Source: a virus. From it: a stretch of 64,000 nucleotides of DNA. Made by a program: the position numbers and the translations under genes. How positions within the stretch are numbered: position 1 is the first letter of the stretch; each line of letters starts with the position of its first letter. Below the pieces are notes generated by a model. It did no database searches and was not told where the DNA came from. It saw only the letters and a program-made list of their open reading frames with translations. Below are positions 20,334 to 31,375 of this stretch, piece by piece. Location: the IMG/VR virus record IMGVR_UViG_3300032213_002832, positions 103,516 to 167,515 of that record. One strand, given 5' to 3'.

Positions 20334-20996
20334 CTAAATCTCTACAATTATAGGTAGATTTTTGATTTTATATTCAGCGGTACACGAGCAAGCATTAATA
20401 AACTTAACACCGTTGTGTTCTTTTAAGCCATAAGATTCGTGTATATGGCCAAAAACGTGTAGCTTCAATTGTTTTAATTCTTGAATTCTTTCAGCTAAAT
20501 CTTGGCACCCAACAACAGAGCCATCTTGGCATTCATCTAGTATGTCAAAAGGTGGACCATGTGTTATGAGGACGTTCGTATCATCTGGAATTTGCTTCCA
20601 TATATCTTTAAGATCATTACCTCTTTGTAAGTTGAAGGCCCAGTTGTAAAAGAAAGGTTGCCATGGACTTCCATATACTTTAATCTGTCTACCGTTTATA
20701 GGTAACACAATTTCTGTGTCTTGTAGGTATATGAAGCTATCGTTAATAGGACCGTTATATAGCCATTCTAAAGCTTGGGCATTAGTATCACCTTCAAATG
20801 TTTGATCATGATTCCCAGCGATAAGTAATTTATATTGAAAACCCTTTATCGAACTGAACCACTTACCAAAATCCCTTACTTCTTTCTCTCTACCTCTAAA
20901 GGTAAAGTCGCCAGCATGTACCAGGATGTCTCCTGGTGGGACGATAAGTGAATCATGGTATGTGTGGGTATCAGAAATCGATACTACTTTAATCAT
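20334..20996 (-). CDS. Calcineurin-like metallophosphoesterase
   Basis: SDTH, HAGD, GNHD, THGPP, FGHIHE. Confidence 0.9.
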   Translation of the reverse strand: MIKVVSISDTHTYHDSLIVPPGDILVHAGDFTFRGREKEVRDFGKWFSSIKGFQYKLLIAGNHDQTFEGDTNAQALEWLYNGPINDSFIYLQDTEIVLPINGRQIKVYGSPWQPFFYNWAFNLQRGNDLKDIWKQIPDDTNVLITHGPPFDILDECQDGSVVGCQDLAERIQELKQLKLHVFGHIHESYGLKEHNGVKFINACSCTAEYKIKNLPIIVEI

Positions 20997-21220
20997 TTAG
21001 TTTTCCATTATGAATTGGATCAAGTCATTTGTTGAGTTAAAATTAGCAACTTCTTTTAAGTATCCATATTGATTATAAGATCTAAGTCGTATACGATTAC
21101 TAAAAACGTCTACTACATGGTCATCACCTAACCAAAGAGTATGCTCAAGATCTCTAATAGAGTACGGTATTCTAAGTTCATCAGCTTCACGCGCTATATC
21201 AAATATGTCCATAAATATCC

Positions 21221-21514
21221 TTATTTACCTTTTAGTTTATCAAGTCTCTCTTTAAGCCTCTGTTGATTATCTAGCTCTTCTAAACCTTGTATTAACGTAT
21301 TTTTAATATGTAGATTAAACCAAACTAAACACAAACAAAAAGCGCACAATATGCTAAAAAATAATGCTAACAATATATTGTTATAAAAATATATGAACAT
21401 AGCTAGATCAACTACTGCTAAAACTAAGTTAAGCTTAGCATGAAGGTCACATTTATTTATTACATTTTGTACTGCTTCTCTACCTTCATCACTATTAAAT
21501 TCTTCAATATTCAT
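21221..21514 (-). CDS. Two-TM membrane protein
   Basis: Start moved to MNIEEF; two hydrophobic helices. Confidence 0.55.
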   Translation of the reverse strand: MNIEEFNSDEGREAVQNVINKCDLHAKLNLVLAVVDLAMFIYFYNNILLALFFSILCAFCLCLVWFNLHIKNTLIQGLEELDNQQRLKERLDKLKGK

Positions 21515-21644
21515 TGACACATCCCCGTAATTATAATTATTAAACCCATACAAAAAACTATAAAAGCTACATACTCTAACTCTGGTTCTTGACTTTTGAT
21601 AGCTGCTAAAATCATTACTAATACTCCAATTAACAATGACATTG

Positions 21645-21971
21645 TTAATCCTCAAATTTCATAGGTATGAAAGCTGTACTTCCTACTTTGTAACCTTCAT
21701 GAGTAACTATCACTCCGCCTGGTATTCGCTTAATTGTTTTATCTCCACCACAAGGTTTAACCTGCTGTCCTGGTTTTAGTTTCTCCCAGCTAATATTTTG
21801 AGCTTCGCATTCCGCCCGTATTCTATTACAATGTTCCGAGTTTACCATTAAATACCCAATTAAGATAATCACACCAATACGGAAAGGGATATCTAATAAC
21901 TCGATGAAGTTAGGAGAAAATACTTTAAATTGCTTCATCTCTTCAATAGTGACTCTATTTTCTTCTCTCAT
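21645..21971 (-). CDS. Membrane-anchored hypothetical protein
   Basis: Single TM; ATGA overlap with upstream gene. Confidence 0.55.
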   Translation of the reverse strand: MREENRVTIEEMKQFKVFSPNFIELLDIPFRIGVIILIGYLMVNSEHCNRIRAECEAQNISWEKLKPGQQVKPCGGDKTIKRIPGGVIVTHEGYKVGSTAFIPMKFED

Positions 21972-22453
21972 TTTTCCTCACTAATCATTGCTCTAATAGC
22001 TTCGAATAGTTCTTTATTTTCCCAATTTCTATAAGCATGAACTACATAATCTTGGTGTTCGCCTAGATTGTGCCTATTGCTACGAATATGCTCATCTAAA
22101 CCTCGCTTTGTTAAGAACGATTGAGAGGTTTCCCAATAATGACCCACTTGAAGTGTTTCAATCTCTCCAATCTCTTCTTCAAGCTTTTCACCTTCGTATT
22201 CTTTATCTTCTTTTAAGAATTGAATACACTCTTCTTCCGTATCGTACCATCCATCGTCTGGTTCCATTTCGGGGTGCTTAAATACTGTTTTAGAGTCAGA
22301 GCAGTAATCTCCATCCGCAACGTATTCTCGTTTCTGTTGAAGTAGAAACTGAATTGGTCCAGCAGTCCAACGATTATCTTGAGTATCTATTTCATTAATA
22401 AAACTCTTAAACCAAGCCATAGCTTCATCTTTAGTCATTTTATTACCTCTCAT
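21968..22453 (-). CDS. Conserved phage protein with TQDNR...HNL...YRN motif
   Basis: TQDNRWTAGP, SNRHNL, YRNWE resemble a widespread phage domain seen in Ead/Ea22-like proteins. Confidence 0.55.
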   Translation of the reverse strand: MRGNKMTKDEAMAWFKSFINEIDTQDNRWTAGPIQFLLQQKREYVADGDYCSDSKTVFKHPEMEPDDGWYDTEEECIQFLKEDKEYEGEKLEEEIGEIETLQVGHYWETSQSFLTKRGLDEHIRSNRHNLGEHQDYVVHAYRNWENKELFEAIRAMISEEK

Positions 22454-23005
22454 ACAAAGATGGTTGTGGACCTTTGTTTACATAGCGTTCATCTAACCTA
22501 CCTTTGATATAAGTAGCTTCAATCATCTCAGCCATTATAGTTAAGATGCTTGTTTTTGCTGAGGAGTAAATGTAATGAGAGCTCATTGTTGCTTCTAATT
22601 TGTCGTATAACTCTTTAAGCTCTTCATTATTCTCTATAAACTTAACTAGATTTTCTGGCGGCATATATTACTCCTTGTAATCTGGTTTAGTAAGTCGTAT
22701 GAAAGCAAGAGCCATTAACAGTGGGATACCAAATGGTATTAGTATAAGTATCCATTTTATTGTTGGCCACATAGGCTTTATGTGTATCTTAGCTTTATCC
22801 ATAAACCACCAAAGTATTCTTTCTGGCATATAATACACCTCAAAATTAAGTATAGCACTAAGATACAATCAGCTTATGATAGAGATAGAGTATGAACAAT
22901 CTAAACAAGTCTTAATGTTAATGACAGTTTTATTAAAACTACAAGTCATTGATATGGTTATATTTAATTCAGTATACCTCGAAATCGTTATTAAAACCTC
23001 TTATA

Positions 23006-23254
23006 TCAAATAGACTTCATATTCTTCTTAAAGCCTTTTTGCTTCTTTAAATCCAGCTCTAATAGAAACATCTCTACATCAACGCCACTCTGAATCTCAC
23101 TTACAACCAACTGTGCGGCATCAAGTGGTTCTTCGCCATCGTTGTACATACTCTCCATTTCGCTATCATATTCAGGACCGATGTCCTTTAATGAGTACCC
23201 AAGAACTTGGTTAAGTATGATATTAACTTCTCTGCGCCAACTTTCAAAAGTCAT
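23006..23254 (-). CDS. Hypothetical acidic protein
   Basis: ORF packed in operon. Confidence 0.55.
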   Translation of the reverse strand: MTFESWRREVNIILNQVLGYSLKDIGPEYDSEMESMYNDGEEPLDAAQLVVSEIQSGVDVEMFLLELDLKKQKGFKKNMKSI

Positions 23255-23676
23255 TTCTTCCCCTTTTTCTTGGTAGTTTTTATATAGCCAGAATCTTTAA
23301 GAAACTCTACTGTTTCTTCATCTTCTTTTGTGCTTGTATAATTAGTAAAATCTTTAGCTTCTTGTAGCCAATTTGGATCTTCTCGCATACTGGCAGTATG
23401 TTTAGGTCTGAGCTTAACCCAACGGTCATAATACTTAATAGCATCCTTATCAGTATGGTCTACAGGCTTAATCTCAAATGTTTGAAAAAGACCCCATAAA
23501 CAATCTTCACATAAAGCAAAGGTATAGCGATTATTATCACCTAATATGCATGAATTCCACCCGCCGGAAATGTAAGTCTCTGGCAAACCCTCACCATAGC
23601 AATCTCCACCACATTTATTACAAATAGTGGACTCTATAGTATCAACAACTTTAAGCTTTTTTACAACTTTACGCAT
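23251..23676 (-). CDS. Zinc-binding hypothetical protein
   Basis: CNKC...LCEDC. Confidence 0.55.
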   Translation of the reverse strand: MRKVVKKLKVVDTIESTICNKCGGDCYGEGLPETYISGGWNSCILGDNNRYTFALCEDCLWGLFQTFEIKPVDHTDKDAIKYYDRWVKLRPKHTASMREDPNWLQEAKDFTNYTSTKEDEETVEFLKDSGYIKTTKKKGKK

Positions 23677-24110
23677 TATTTAGTCTCCGTATTGAGTTGC
23701 TTCATTCTTAGTGCTATCTCATTATCAACAGCTTGTATCTCTTTTTTATTAGATAGCAGTTTTCGAATAGATTTAAGGTCTTTAAGAACCTCATCATCTT
23801 GATTAGCTTTGCTACCAGGATTCTTAATCTTATGTTTCGCCCCACCATTAATCCTATTATCTTTGCGCAACCAGTTGGATAATAGGCCAGTTGAGTAGTT
23901 TCTTATCTTTGTAGGTGTATCATGTTTAGCTCGCGCCGTAGCAGAGAAAGGCATATCACCTGAATCAAGAGCTGTAGCAATCATTGTAACAATAGTCTTG
24001 CGATCACTTTTTGTAAGTTCAGCTCTGTTATTCTCTAATGAGAGTCCATTTTCTTGTAGAAAAGCAACGATTGCGTTATATACAACTTGTTTTTGACTTT
24101 CTTCAGACAT
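23676..24110 (-). CDS. 'NHLRKDKRLNGG' family protein, divergent copy
   Basis: SNWLRKDNRINGG..IKNPGSK shared with 32618, 37640 and 39745. Confidence 0.75.
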   Translation of the reverse strand: MSEESQKQVVYNAIVAFLQENGLSLENNRAELTKSDRKTIVTMIATALDSGDMPFSATARAKHDTPTKIRNYSTGLLSNWLRKDNRINGGAKHKIKNPGSKANQDDEVLKDLKSIRKLLSNKKEIQAVDNEIALRMKQLNTETK

Positions 24111-24122
24111 ATAAACTCTCCG

Positions 24123-24554
24123 TTATGGGTAGATATTAAAACGAAAACCGAACCTGTCATATACCGGAAAATGCGTGTCTCTTACTTCTTCGAGGATATG
24201 TTGGCTATGGTGTTGTTTAAATAAGATCATCTTATCTATACCCTTTTCATGCCAAACCACTAAACCTAATTCATATTGCCATCCAGCAGCTTTGATACTA
24301 TTAGTCTTATCTGAACCATCGAAATGAAGTAGGTTATTCCAATATAAACCAAAACCGCTATATTTAGCCATATCAAAATCTACATTAAAACCAGCACCCA
24401 TTCCAAGATCTTCATCTAAAGGCTTTAAGTATGGGTCACGAACTGTCTTATTGCGGTAGAAATCTACATGAACATCATTTGGGGCAAACAGTCGCCACTC
24501 AGCTAAACATGTACTGGAAACTAAACTCATTAAAATAACCAGTTTTTTAATCAT
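24123..24554 (-). CDS. Secreted beta-rich, outer-membrane-like protein
   Basis: Signal peptide, alternating aromatic strands, ends FGFRFNIYP. Confidence 0.5.
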   Translation of the reverse strand: MIKKLVILMSLVSSTCLAEWRLFAPNDVHVDFYRNKTVRDPYLKPLDEDLGMGAGFNVDFDMAKYSGFGLYWNNLLHFDGSDKTNSIKAAGWQYELGLVVWHEKGIDKMILFKQHHSQHILEEVRDTHFPVYDRFGFRFNIYP

Positions 24555-25204
24555 TATTCAACCTCAGTAGCTGCGATTGTTGCTTTAACCGTTTCCCTCA
24601 CATGTTCTGTTTTGAGAGCATAATTGGCTGATTCAGCATTAATAGCTGTCATCTTCTTGAATTTATCTGCTGTTTTTTGTCCACCATTATATGCTATAGT
24701 CGCAAGTCTCGGGTTACCCTTTTGTTGTATTATCATCTCATTATAATAGTAAGCACCTACCATTAGATTAATCTCTTCATTAGTGATGTCATCAACTGTA
24801 ATACCTATGTTTAGTTTCACCATAGTCTCTTTAAAAGTTGGACGCATTACTTGTGCGATGCCAACAGCACCTACAGGACTTACTAAGCTGTGATTGAAGT
24901 TGGTCTCATTCTTCACCATAGCTACAAACTGCTCTCGTGCTATTTGAGTTGTCAGATATTTCATTAACACTTTGGCTATCTTCTCAGCTTTAACAGTTTT
25001 AGCAGCTTCGGACATCTTAGCAGCTGGTGCCATCTCCATGGCGGTGAGAACGAATGTAATTATTTCAGTTTCTTCTTCGGCTTGGGTTTTGGGCTTTTCT
25101 ATATGAAACATTTGTGTTGTTTCTTGTTTTCTAAGATATCCACTGAAAAAAGCTAAACTCGCAATCACTACTAAAACTAATGAACTTATAAAAACTCGCA
25201 TCAT
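24554..25204 (-). CDS. Membrane-anchored lytic transglycosylase (SLT domain)
   Basis: ETNFN..VSPVGAVGIAQV, NL..GAYY, AYNGG. Confidence 0.88.
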   Translation of the reverse strand: MMRVFISSLVLVVIASLAFFSGYLRKQETTQMFHIEKPKTQAEEETEIITFVLTAMEMAPAAKMSEAAKTVKAEKIAKVLMKYLTTQIAREQFVAMVKNETNFNHSLVSPVGAVGIAQVMRPTFKETMVKLNIGITVDDITNEEINLMVGAYYYNEMIIQQKGNPRLATIAYNGGQKTADKFKKMTAINAESANYALKTEHVRETVKATIAATEVE

Positions 25205-25360
25205 GTGTCATCCTTTGTTTTAATGTAATAGATAAGTAATTCGACCTATTCGCAACTACCTATAAACCACACTATTATCATTCTCTGTCATCACTATCGA
25301 AACAAACTCCTTTATTTAGGTTTACATCTCAACATATTAAAATCCCACTATCGTGGTGTT

Positions 25361-25810
25361 TTATCGGAACGGTTTTTCTATACCCTCTAATACTATCTTC
25401 TCCAAGATATCATCAATGTAACGAAGTTCATTGTAGTAATTTATTTGTTCTAAATAAGCAACGCTATCAGGTAAATTTAAACTAACTATTTCAGCAACAC
25501 GTGAAGCATAATAAGCTGGAGAATTAATATAATCGTATTTATCTTTGCTATTATGAATTATAGTAGTCCAAGCCAAATATTGAACTATAGAATCTATGCG
25601 ATCAGTATTTGCGGCATAAAGGCTTATATCATAAAGTACGACTTCATCTTCTAGCCATAGCTCAACTGCTTTAATTACTTTAGTATTTTCGTCGTAATTG
25701 CGAGCTGTCCATTTGTGTTTAACTTGATTAACACAGAATAAAGCAAACCTCACAATATCTTTGTGAGATAACTCTTTTAACAATGAGTGTCCTATTGTGT
25801 GTTTACTCAT
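25361..25810 (-). CDS. Imm5-like family paralog 1
   Basis: LSHKDIVRFALFC...VELWLED; C-terminal YNELRYIDDILEKIVL. Confidence 0.65.
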   Translation of the reverse strand: MSKHTIGHSLLKELSHKDIVRFALFCVNQVKHKWTARNYDENTKVIKAVELWLEDEVVLYDISLYAANTDRIDSIVQYLAWTTIIHNSKDKYDYINSPAYYASRVAEIVSLNLPDSVAYLEQINYYNELRYIDDILEKIVLEGIEKPFR

Positions 25811-26262
25811 ATATCACCTTTTAAGATTATCTTTTCTAATATCTCATCTACATAACGAAGCTCTGTATAATAATCTATTTGCTGTTGGACTATTACATTA
25901 CGTTCTTCATAACTAAATCGAGCATCTATAGAATTATATACAGCACCTGAAGCATAAACAGCATAACCTGCTGAAGCCTTTTCATGACTTGTAACACAGT
26001 TGAGTGCGTGATATGGAGCCTGATTAACCTCATCAACACGCCCTTCATTCCAAAAATCAACTGCTTCTTGAATTATTATTTGACATTCTTTATATGTTAT
26101 CTCATTATTTAGCCACATCTCCACAGTTTCAAAAGCCGTCACTAATTCCTTAAGATAAACCCATTTAGGTCTAACCTGATTAGCACAAAACATAGCAAAT
26201 CTTACTTGGTCTTTGTGAGAGAGTTTGCTTAATTCATGTGAGTTTATTCTTGCCAAATACAA
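25807..26262 (-). CDS. Imm5-like family paralog 2
   Basis: LSHKDQVRFAMFCA; ELRYVDEILEKIILKG. Confidence 0.65.
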   Translation of the reverse strand: MYLARINSHELSKLSHKDQVRFAMFCANQVRPKWVYLKELVTAFETVEMWLNNEITYKECQIIIQEAVDFWNEGRVDEVNQAPYHALNCVTSHEKASAGYAVYASGAVYNSIDARFSYEERNVIVQQQIDYYTELRYVDEILEKIILKGDI

Positions 26263-26361
26263 GCTATCCTCCCCTTACTTTATGGTGTCACGTGCTTCAA
26301 TGAAAGAAGTATATCGCGTCGGTTGTCCGCGCGTAGCAGTGTCAGTGGTGTGCGGAGTATA

Positions 26362-26838
26362 CTACCTCTTTAATACTATCTTCTCAAAGTTCTCATCTAT
26401 ATAGCGTAACTCATTGTAGTAGTTTAGTTGATCTTGTTCTACTTTATTTGTATCAGCATAATGTTTAAAACCAAATGAAAATGCCATAATAGCATTGCTT
26501 GATACTAGCTTTATATGTGTATCAGTAAAATGGGTTTCATTAACAGCTTGTGCTGCGTATAGAAGAGCACGACCAGCATATATAAAAGCATTTGTTAAAG
26601 TTTGAGGTTTATAATGTGAGTTACATTCCTCATAACAAGCACTACTTGCGTTTATACATTCTTCAATTGTAGCTTTATCTTCTAGCCATAACTCTATTAA
26701 TTTATAAGTATTTTCATATACATGAGAACCATACCAGAACTCTCTAGTTTGATTAGCACAGAATAGAGCAAACCTTACTTGATCTTTGTGAGAGAGTTTG
26801 CTTATTAACTCTTCAGTGATTTGTTTATTTGTCGCCAT
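26362..26838 (-). CDS. Imm5-like family paralog 3
   Basis: LSHKDQVRFALFCA; ELRYIDENFEKIVLK. Confidence 0.65.
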   Translation of the reverse strand: MATNKQITEELISKLSHKDQVRFALFCANQTREFWYGSHVYENTYKLIELWLEDKATIEECINASSACYEECNSHYKPQTLTNAFIYAGRALLYAAQAVNETHFTDTHIKLVSSNAIMAFSFGFKHYADTNKVEQDQLNYYNELRYIDENFEKIVLKR

Positions 26839-27225
26839 TTGAAGAGTACCTAAAGCCTACTATAGTTAATATGTAAGCAACTAAAAAGGTTAATGTGTTG
26901 GCATATATAGTAGTAGCAAACTTCTCCCAATCTATTAAGTATGGGTGATAGTAGCATAAGCCATACAGAGATCCACCCCATATTACTAAGAAGATAAAGG
27001 TTTTGAGTAATAGAGATTTTAGGGTGACATTCTTAAACAATGCTTACTCCTTATTACATTCACAATCTGGATTGTTAGTATCATAGCTATGAGGGTAGCA
27101 TATAGGATTACATGGGGCTTGTTCATTTTGGATTATTGTGCGAACAGCCTTTATTATACATCCCGCAATAAATATTGAGAGTGCTATATTAAATGCTACA
27201 ATCCAAATTGTTTTTATCTTCTCAT

Positions 27226-27690
27226 TCATACATTACCTTTCAATACTATATCTTCAAATATGTTGTTTATAGTGTTTAATTCATTATAGTATTCCCATGT
27301 TTCTTTATTAAATCTCTCTCTTTGCTTATTATTAAGAGCAGAATGCGCATAATTAGCACATGTGACAGCCGTATTACAAGCATATGGATTAGTTGAATAT
27401 ATAATATGACCAGCAGTATACGCAACATACGCAGCAGAACGTATGGCATAATCATAACGAGGAGAAAGGGTCATATGGTGAATACTGTTCATGAGTGTTC
27501 TTGCTGATTCATTACATGTTTCTGGTGAAGTTCTATTATTAATATAACCTTCAACAGCATAAACGCATGCTTTAGCAAGATCGCTGCGCCACCATAAATG
27601 ACTCACTCGATTAGTACAGAATAAAGTCCACAGAACTATTTCTTTATCAGATAGTTCTTGTAAATCTTTAAGTGTAACGCTATAATCCAA
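27226..27690 (-). CDS. Imm5-like family paralog 4
   Basis: LSDKEIVLWTLFC; YNELNTINNIFEDIVLKG. Confidence 0.6.
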   Translation of the reverse strand: MDYSVTLKDLQELSDKEIVLWTLFCTNRVSHLWWRSDLAKACVYAVEGYINNRTSPETCNESARTLMNSIHHMTLSPRYDYAIRSAAYVAYTAGHIIYSTNPYACNTAVTCANYAHSALNNKQRERFNKETWEYYNELNTINNIFEDIVLKGNV

Positions 27691-27691
27691 A

Positions 27692-28465
27692 TTATGCCTC
27701 CAATACTAATTTCTCAAATATATCATCTATATAAGCTAATTCGTTATAATACCTACGTTGTGCTACACGCATCTTTTCACTATCATAGCTTAAGTCCATG
27801 CGTGGATAATAATGTGGTTCAGTGACAGAGTAAAGCATATCGAGCACATCGTCGTCTACACTCTCTTCTATAAGTCTTTCAGCAAAACTTAAACAATAAT
27901 CACTTGTCACCTTATCATCCAACCATAATTGAACTAATTCAGCACATTCTACTGATTCAGGGCTATTTTTCCATAAACGTTTATATTGATTAACACTAAA
28001 TAAATAAAATCTAATTACATCTTTATGGGATAGTTTTTCTCGTTCTTCATATGTAACTGGTATTGCTCTTTTCTTTGCTTTATTCTCTCTTGAAGTTTTA
28101 AGTTCATTAAAATAATCCTCTTGTTCTTTAAGTCTTTTCTTTGATATACGCCTATTAAGACTTCTCCATGTACCTAATGGATCAAGGCTAAAGCAGGCAT
28201 CTAATGCTAATATTGCTGACAACCTGCCGAATTGATCACAATTTAATTTTAATTCTATATCATCATTTAGATCTTTACATTTCTTATTTGTAATCTTACC
28301 CTTTAACCAGAGGTTGATAGTCTTAACAATCAAAACATAAGTAGGTGAATTAGCCCATTGAGCTTTGTATTGATTAGCACAAAATAAATGAAATCTAACC
28401 AAACCCTTTTTAGATAATCTCTTTAATCCTTCTTCAGTAATAACATTAATAATCATAGTACTCAT
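27692..28465 (-). CDS. Imm5-like family paralog 5, tandem two-domain protein
   Basis: LSKKGLVRFHLFC and LSHKDVIRFYLFS repeats; ELAYIDDIFEKLVL. Confidence 0.65.
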   Translation of the reverse strand: MSTMIINVITEEGLKRLSKKGLVRFHLFCANQYKAQWANSPTYVLIVKTINLWLKGKITNKKCKDLNDDIELKLNCDQFGRLSAILALDACFSLDPLGTWRSLNRRISKKRLKEQEDYFNELKTSRENKAKKRAIPVTYEEREKLSHKDVIRFYLFSVNQYKRLWKNSPESVECAELVQLWLDDKVTSDYCLSFAERLIEESVDDDVLDMLYSVTEPHYYPRMDLSYDSEKMRVAQRRYYNELAYIDDIFEKLVLEA

Positions 28466-28680
28466 ATTACTGATCTTAATATATTGATACGTATAGTGAT
28501 TGCTGATTCTACTTTTTCTTTATCTTTTTCATTTGTGAGTGTCTTTAATAGTAGTTTTAAAGCGCTCAATTGCTTATCATGCTTATATTTAGCTGAGTAA
28601 TCAAAGCCCTCTAAACTAATAGGGCATAAAGTTATTTGTCCACCACGTAGTATGAAGTCATCCATAGTTTCTTTTTTCAT
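28462..28680 (-). CDS. Hypothetical protein
   Basis: FILRGGQITLCP N-terminal motif; AAGGAG RBS. Confidence 0.55.
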   Translation of the reverse strand: MKKETMDDFILRGGQITLCPISLEGFDYSAKYKHDKQLSALKLLLKTLTNEKDKEKVESAITIRINILRSVI

Positions 28681-28897
28681 TGTATGCTCCTTTATAAGTT
28701 AGATCCAAAAATAACCTTGAGCGTTCTTAACTATAACTGGATTTTGTTGGGTTTGATTATCTGGGATGACGTTGTACCTTGTTCGTTGCATCTTGTATTG
28801 CCAAAGTAGATATGTTCCATCTTTCTGAATACAGCTTTGAACTAAATCCCTATGAGTCATACAAACCTCCTATTGATTAATAATAAATCGTATCGGT

Positions 28898-29353
28898 TTA
28901 TTTGCCCTTTAATATGATATCTTCAAGTATATTGTCTATATAACATAACTCTTTAAAGTATTGCCGTTGTTGCTTAAGTGTTTTAGTAGGGTATTTAGAG
29001 TAACGTACAACATCTTCAGCTATATCAGCTACACAAGAATCAACTACATAATCTTCATCGTATTCAAGATAAGTTGTAGAAACAGCATGCGCAAGAGCAA
29101 TAAGAGGTGTAGGACTAGGATTAAGGCTATGCTTATGGATGTCTATACGCCAAACCAAGCCATCAAAAGCATCTCTACACTCTTGAATTTTAGTGTTATC
29201 TTCTAGCCAATTATGTATTACTTCATGACACTTAATAACTTCAGGTATATCGGCATATTCTTGTGTTATTTGATTAGCACAGAATAAAGCAAATCTAACT
29301 AAATCTTCGTGGGATAGTTTACTTAATGATCTTGAAGATATGCGTCTAATCAT
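28898..29353 (-). CDS. Imm5-like family paralog 6
   Basis: LSHEDLVRFALFCA; ELCYIDNILEDIILKG. Confidence 0.65.
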   Translation of the reverse strand: MIRRISSRSLSKLSHEDLVRFALFCANQITQEYADIPEVIKCHEVIHNWLEDNTKIQECRDAFDGLVWRIDIHKHSLNPSPTPLIALAHAVSTTYLEYDEDYVVDSCVADIAEDVVRYSKYPTKTLKQQRQYFKELCYIDNILEDIILKGK

Positions 29354-29361
29354 ACATTCTC

Positions 29362-29727
29362 CTATTTTTCTTCATATTCCCAGTCGTTTAATAGTACTTC
29401 TGACGGACTAATACCTAGAATCAAACAATCGCCTACTAAATCATCTCTCCATGGTATGACATCTTTCTTGGTAGATTTTAGCCATTCTTGAAACTCATGC
29501 TGTATACTTCCTTGTATATATGATAAGTTGCCATCTATTGATAATCCATGTAATTCAACTTCATTAGTTTTTTCGTTTAATACTGGTATTATACGACCAC
29601 ATGACTGACCAGCCAGACGAACCCAGTTGGGGCCAAACCAGTAAGGTATATTTCTTTTAGAGTACATATCTGGTTGTCTTCTTGGTTTTTTGACTCTCAT
29701 GTTTTTAGGTATAGCTAATATATTCAT
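29362..29727 (-). CDS. Hypothetical protein
   Basis: ORF packed in operon. Confidence 0.55.
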   Translation of the reverse strand: MNILAIPKNMRVKKPRRQPDMYSKRNIPYWFGPNWVRLAGQSCGRIIPVLNEKTNEVELHGLSIDGNLSYIQGSIQHEFQEWLKSTKKDVIPWRDDLVGDCLILGISPSEVLLNDWEYEEK

Positions 29728-29970
29728 TTAGTTTTATCCCAGAATTTAATTACTTCTTTCTCTTTATCCATATTGTAGGAGTTCATTGAAGAGATTTTGA
29801 GGTAGCCTATACTATCTTTAGCATTTCCACTCAGCATCTTGAATGCTGTCCCTTCTGCTTCAGCATAACTAGGGTACAATAAGTCGCATCGCTTAGCATC
29901 TATATTTGATAAACTTATATCTTGTCTTTTAGTTGTATTTAATCTCTCTGATACATAGCACCAATCTTTT

Positions 29971-30477
29971 TCATTTTTGTATTGGATTATTAGTGTATAG
30001 TACATGCTTCCCTTTCTCTTTATCTATAAGATCTTGGATATACTCTTGTCTATATAGGTCGTACCAGAGTGGAAGTATTTGTGATGGATACATGATAGAG
30101 AGTGGTCTACCATCTTCGTCCACACTATCATCATGCTCTAATAAGAGAGAGCAATGACCAAGTTCATGGTATATGAGGTTCTCTTTCATACTAGCTGTCG
30201 CTTCATCCCAATACTCTTTGAGTAGCACTATAGTAGGAGGTTCTGAATCTCTTAATTGACATTGACCTACCGTATATGGCAAGATAGCTTTCTTCTTTGC
30301 TTCTTCACTTGGATCTATTTTGTCGACGATTATGATTACTATATTACCAATATGTTTTATTTCTGATTCAAATCTTTCAGCAATTGCTTTTATTTCATCA
30401 GTTTGATAATACTTAATATTACCTTCATTACCACAAGCGGTTAATGATAATATAGCTAATACCTTAACTAATCTCAT
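29971..30477 (-). CDS. Lipoprotein zinc metallopeptidase (metzincin-like)
   Basis: LTAC lipobox; HELGHCSLLLEH and SIMYP Met-turn. Confidence 0.8.
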   Translation of the reverse strand: MRLVKVLAILSLTACGNEGNIKYYQTDEIKAIAERFESEIKHIGNIVIIIVDKIDPSEEAKKKAILPYTVGQCQLRDSEPPTIVLLKEYWDEATASMKENLIYHELGHCSLLLEHDDSVDEDGRPLSIMYPSQILPLWYDLYRQEYIQDLIDKEKGKHVLYTNNPIQK

Positions 30478-30688
30478 AAAACCTCCTATTAATAATGATA
30501 AATCGTGTCGGTTTATTTACATGTCATTGGCTTTCCATCAGGACTTAGATGTACGGCTAAGCCGCTATCGGATTGGGCATACTCAACACCAGACTTTGAG
30601 CATTTGTAAGTTAATTCACCCGTATATCGAGTACATGCTCTTTGAAAACCACCACAACCAACTAATAATAAACAAGCAAATAATAATT

Positions 30689-30931
30689 TCATACTTTATC
30701 TCCTTTTAATACTATCTTCTCAAACTTTTCACCTATCTCATGCTCTTCAATAAGAGTAATAAGTTCTTTCATAGACATTTCTACTCTATGTCCGAATTCT
30801 TTACCATCATTAAAGTTTACATAACAAACAGAATCTTTAAATTGTTTATCACTATGAGGACTTATCGATGTTACATTATCTAAGTTTATGTAGTGTAGTT
30901 TATCTTTAGCCATAAGTTTAATAAATCTCAT
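30689..30931 (-). CDS. Small beta-domain (FlbD/LytTR-like) protein with the shared EKIVL tail
   Basis: YINLDNVTSI; ends EKFEKIVLKGDKV. Confidence 0.55.
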   Translation of the reverse strand: MRFIKLMAKDKLHYINLDNVTSISPHSDKQFKDSVCYVNFNDGKEFGHRVEMSMKELITLIEEHEIGEKFEKIVLKGDKV

Positions 30932-31167
30932 ACCTTATCTCCTTTTAATATAATGTTTTCAACATCTTTGTTTATGTTATATTCATTAATTAAAGCTACA
31001 ACATCTTCTATAGGTTTTTCTAATGATACACGATGTGGATCACCACCTCCAGTATAGAGATACACGCAACACTCATCACCCCCTTCATCTTCAATACTAA
31101 GTATTCTATCTATATCTATAATTGCCATTAACTTGTTCTCTTTATCTGTTACTCTTAATAAGTTCAT
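30928..31167 (-). CDS. Paralog of 30689-30931
   Basis: IIDIDRILSIE; ends DVENIILKGDKV. Confidence 0.55.
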   Translation of the reverse strand: MNLLRVTDKENKLMAIIDIDRILSIEDEGGDECCVYLYTGGGDPHRVSLEKPIEDVVALINEYNINKDVENIILKGDKV

Positions 31168-31375
31168 ATATTAGCCTTTACAAATAATATTTTTAATCTA
31201 CCCAAAACTAATCTATATACATATTTATGTACATTTCTATAGTAGACTCTATCAAAAGCAACTAAACTATCAACTCTACACTTATGCTTAACAATATTAT
31301 CCCACCAACAAGTGTTTTTTCTAGATAAACCAATTACTATAAAATATTTACCTATTTTAAATGTTTTAGGCATAC

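Noticed and set aside
25807-31167. Terminal KG(D) residues as part of the shared protein tag
   Set aside because: AAAGGAG/AAAGGT codons double as the Shine-Dalgarno of the next gene; only the upstream E-K-I-V-L part is counted as protein signal
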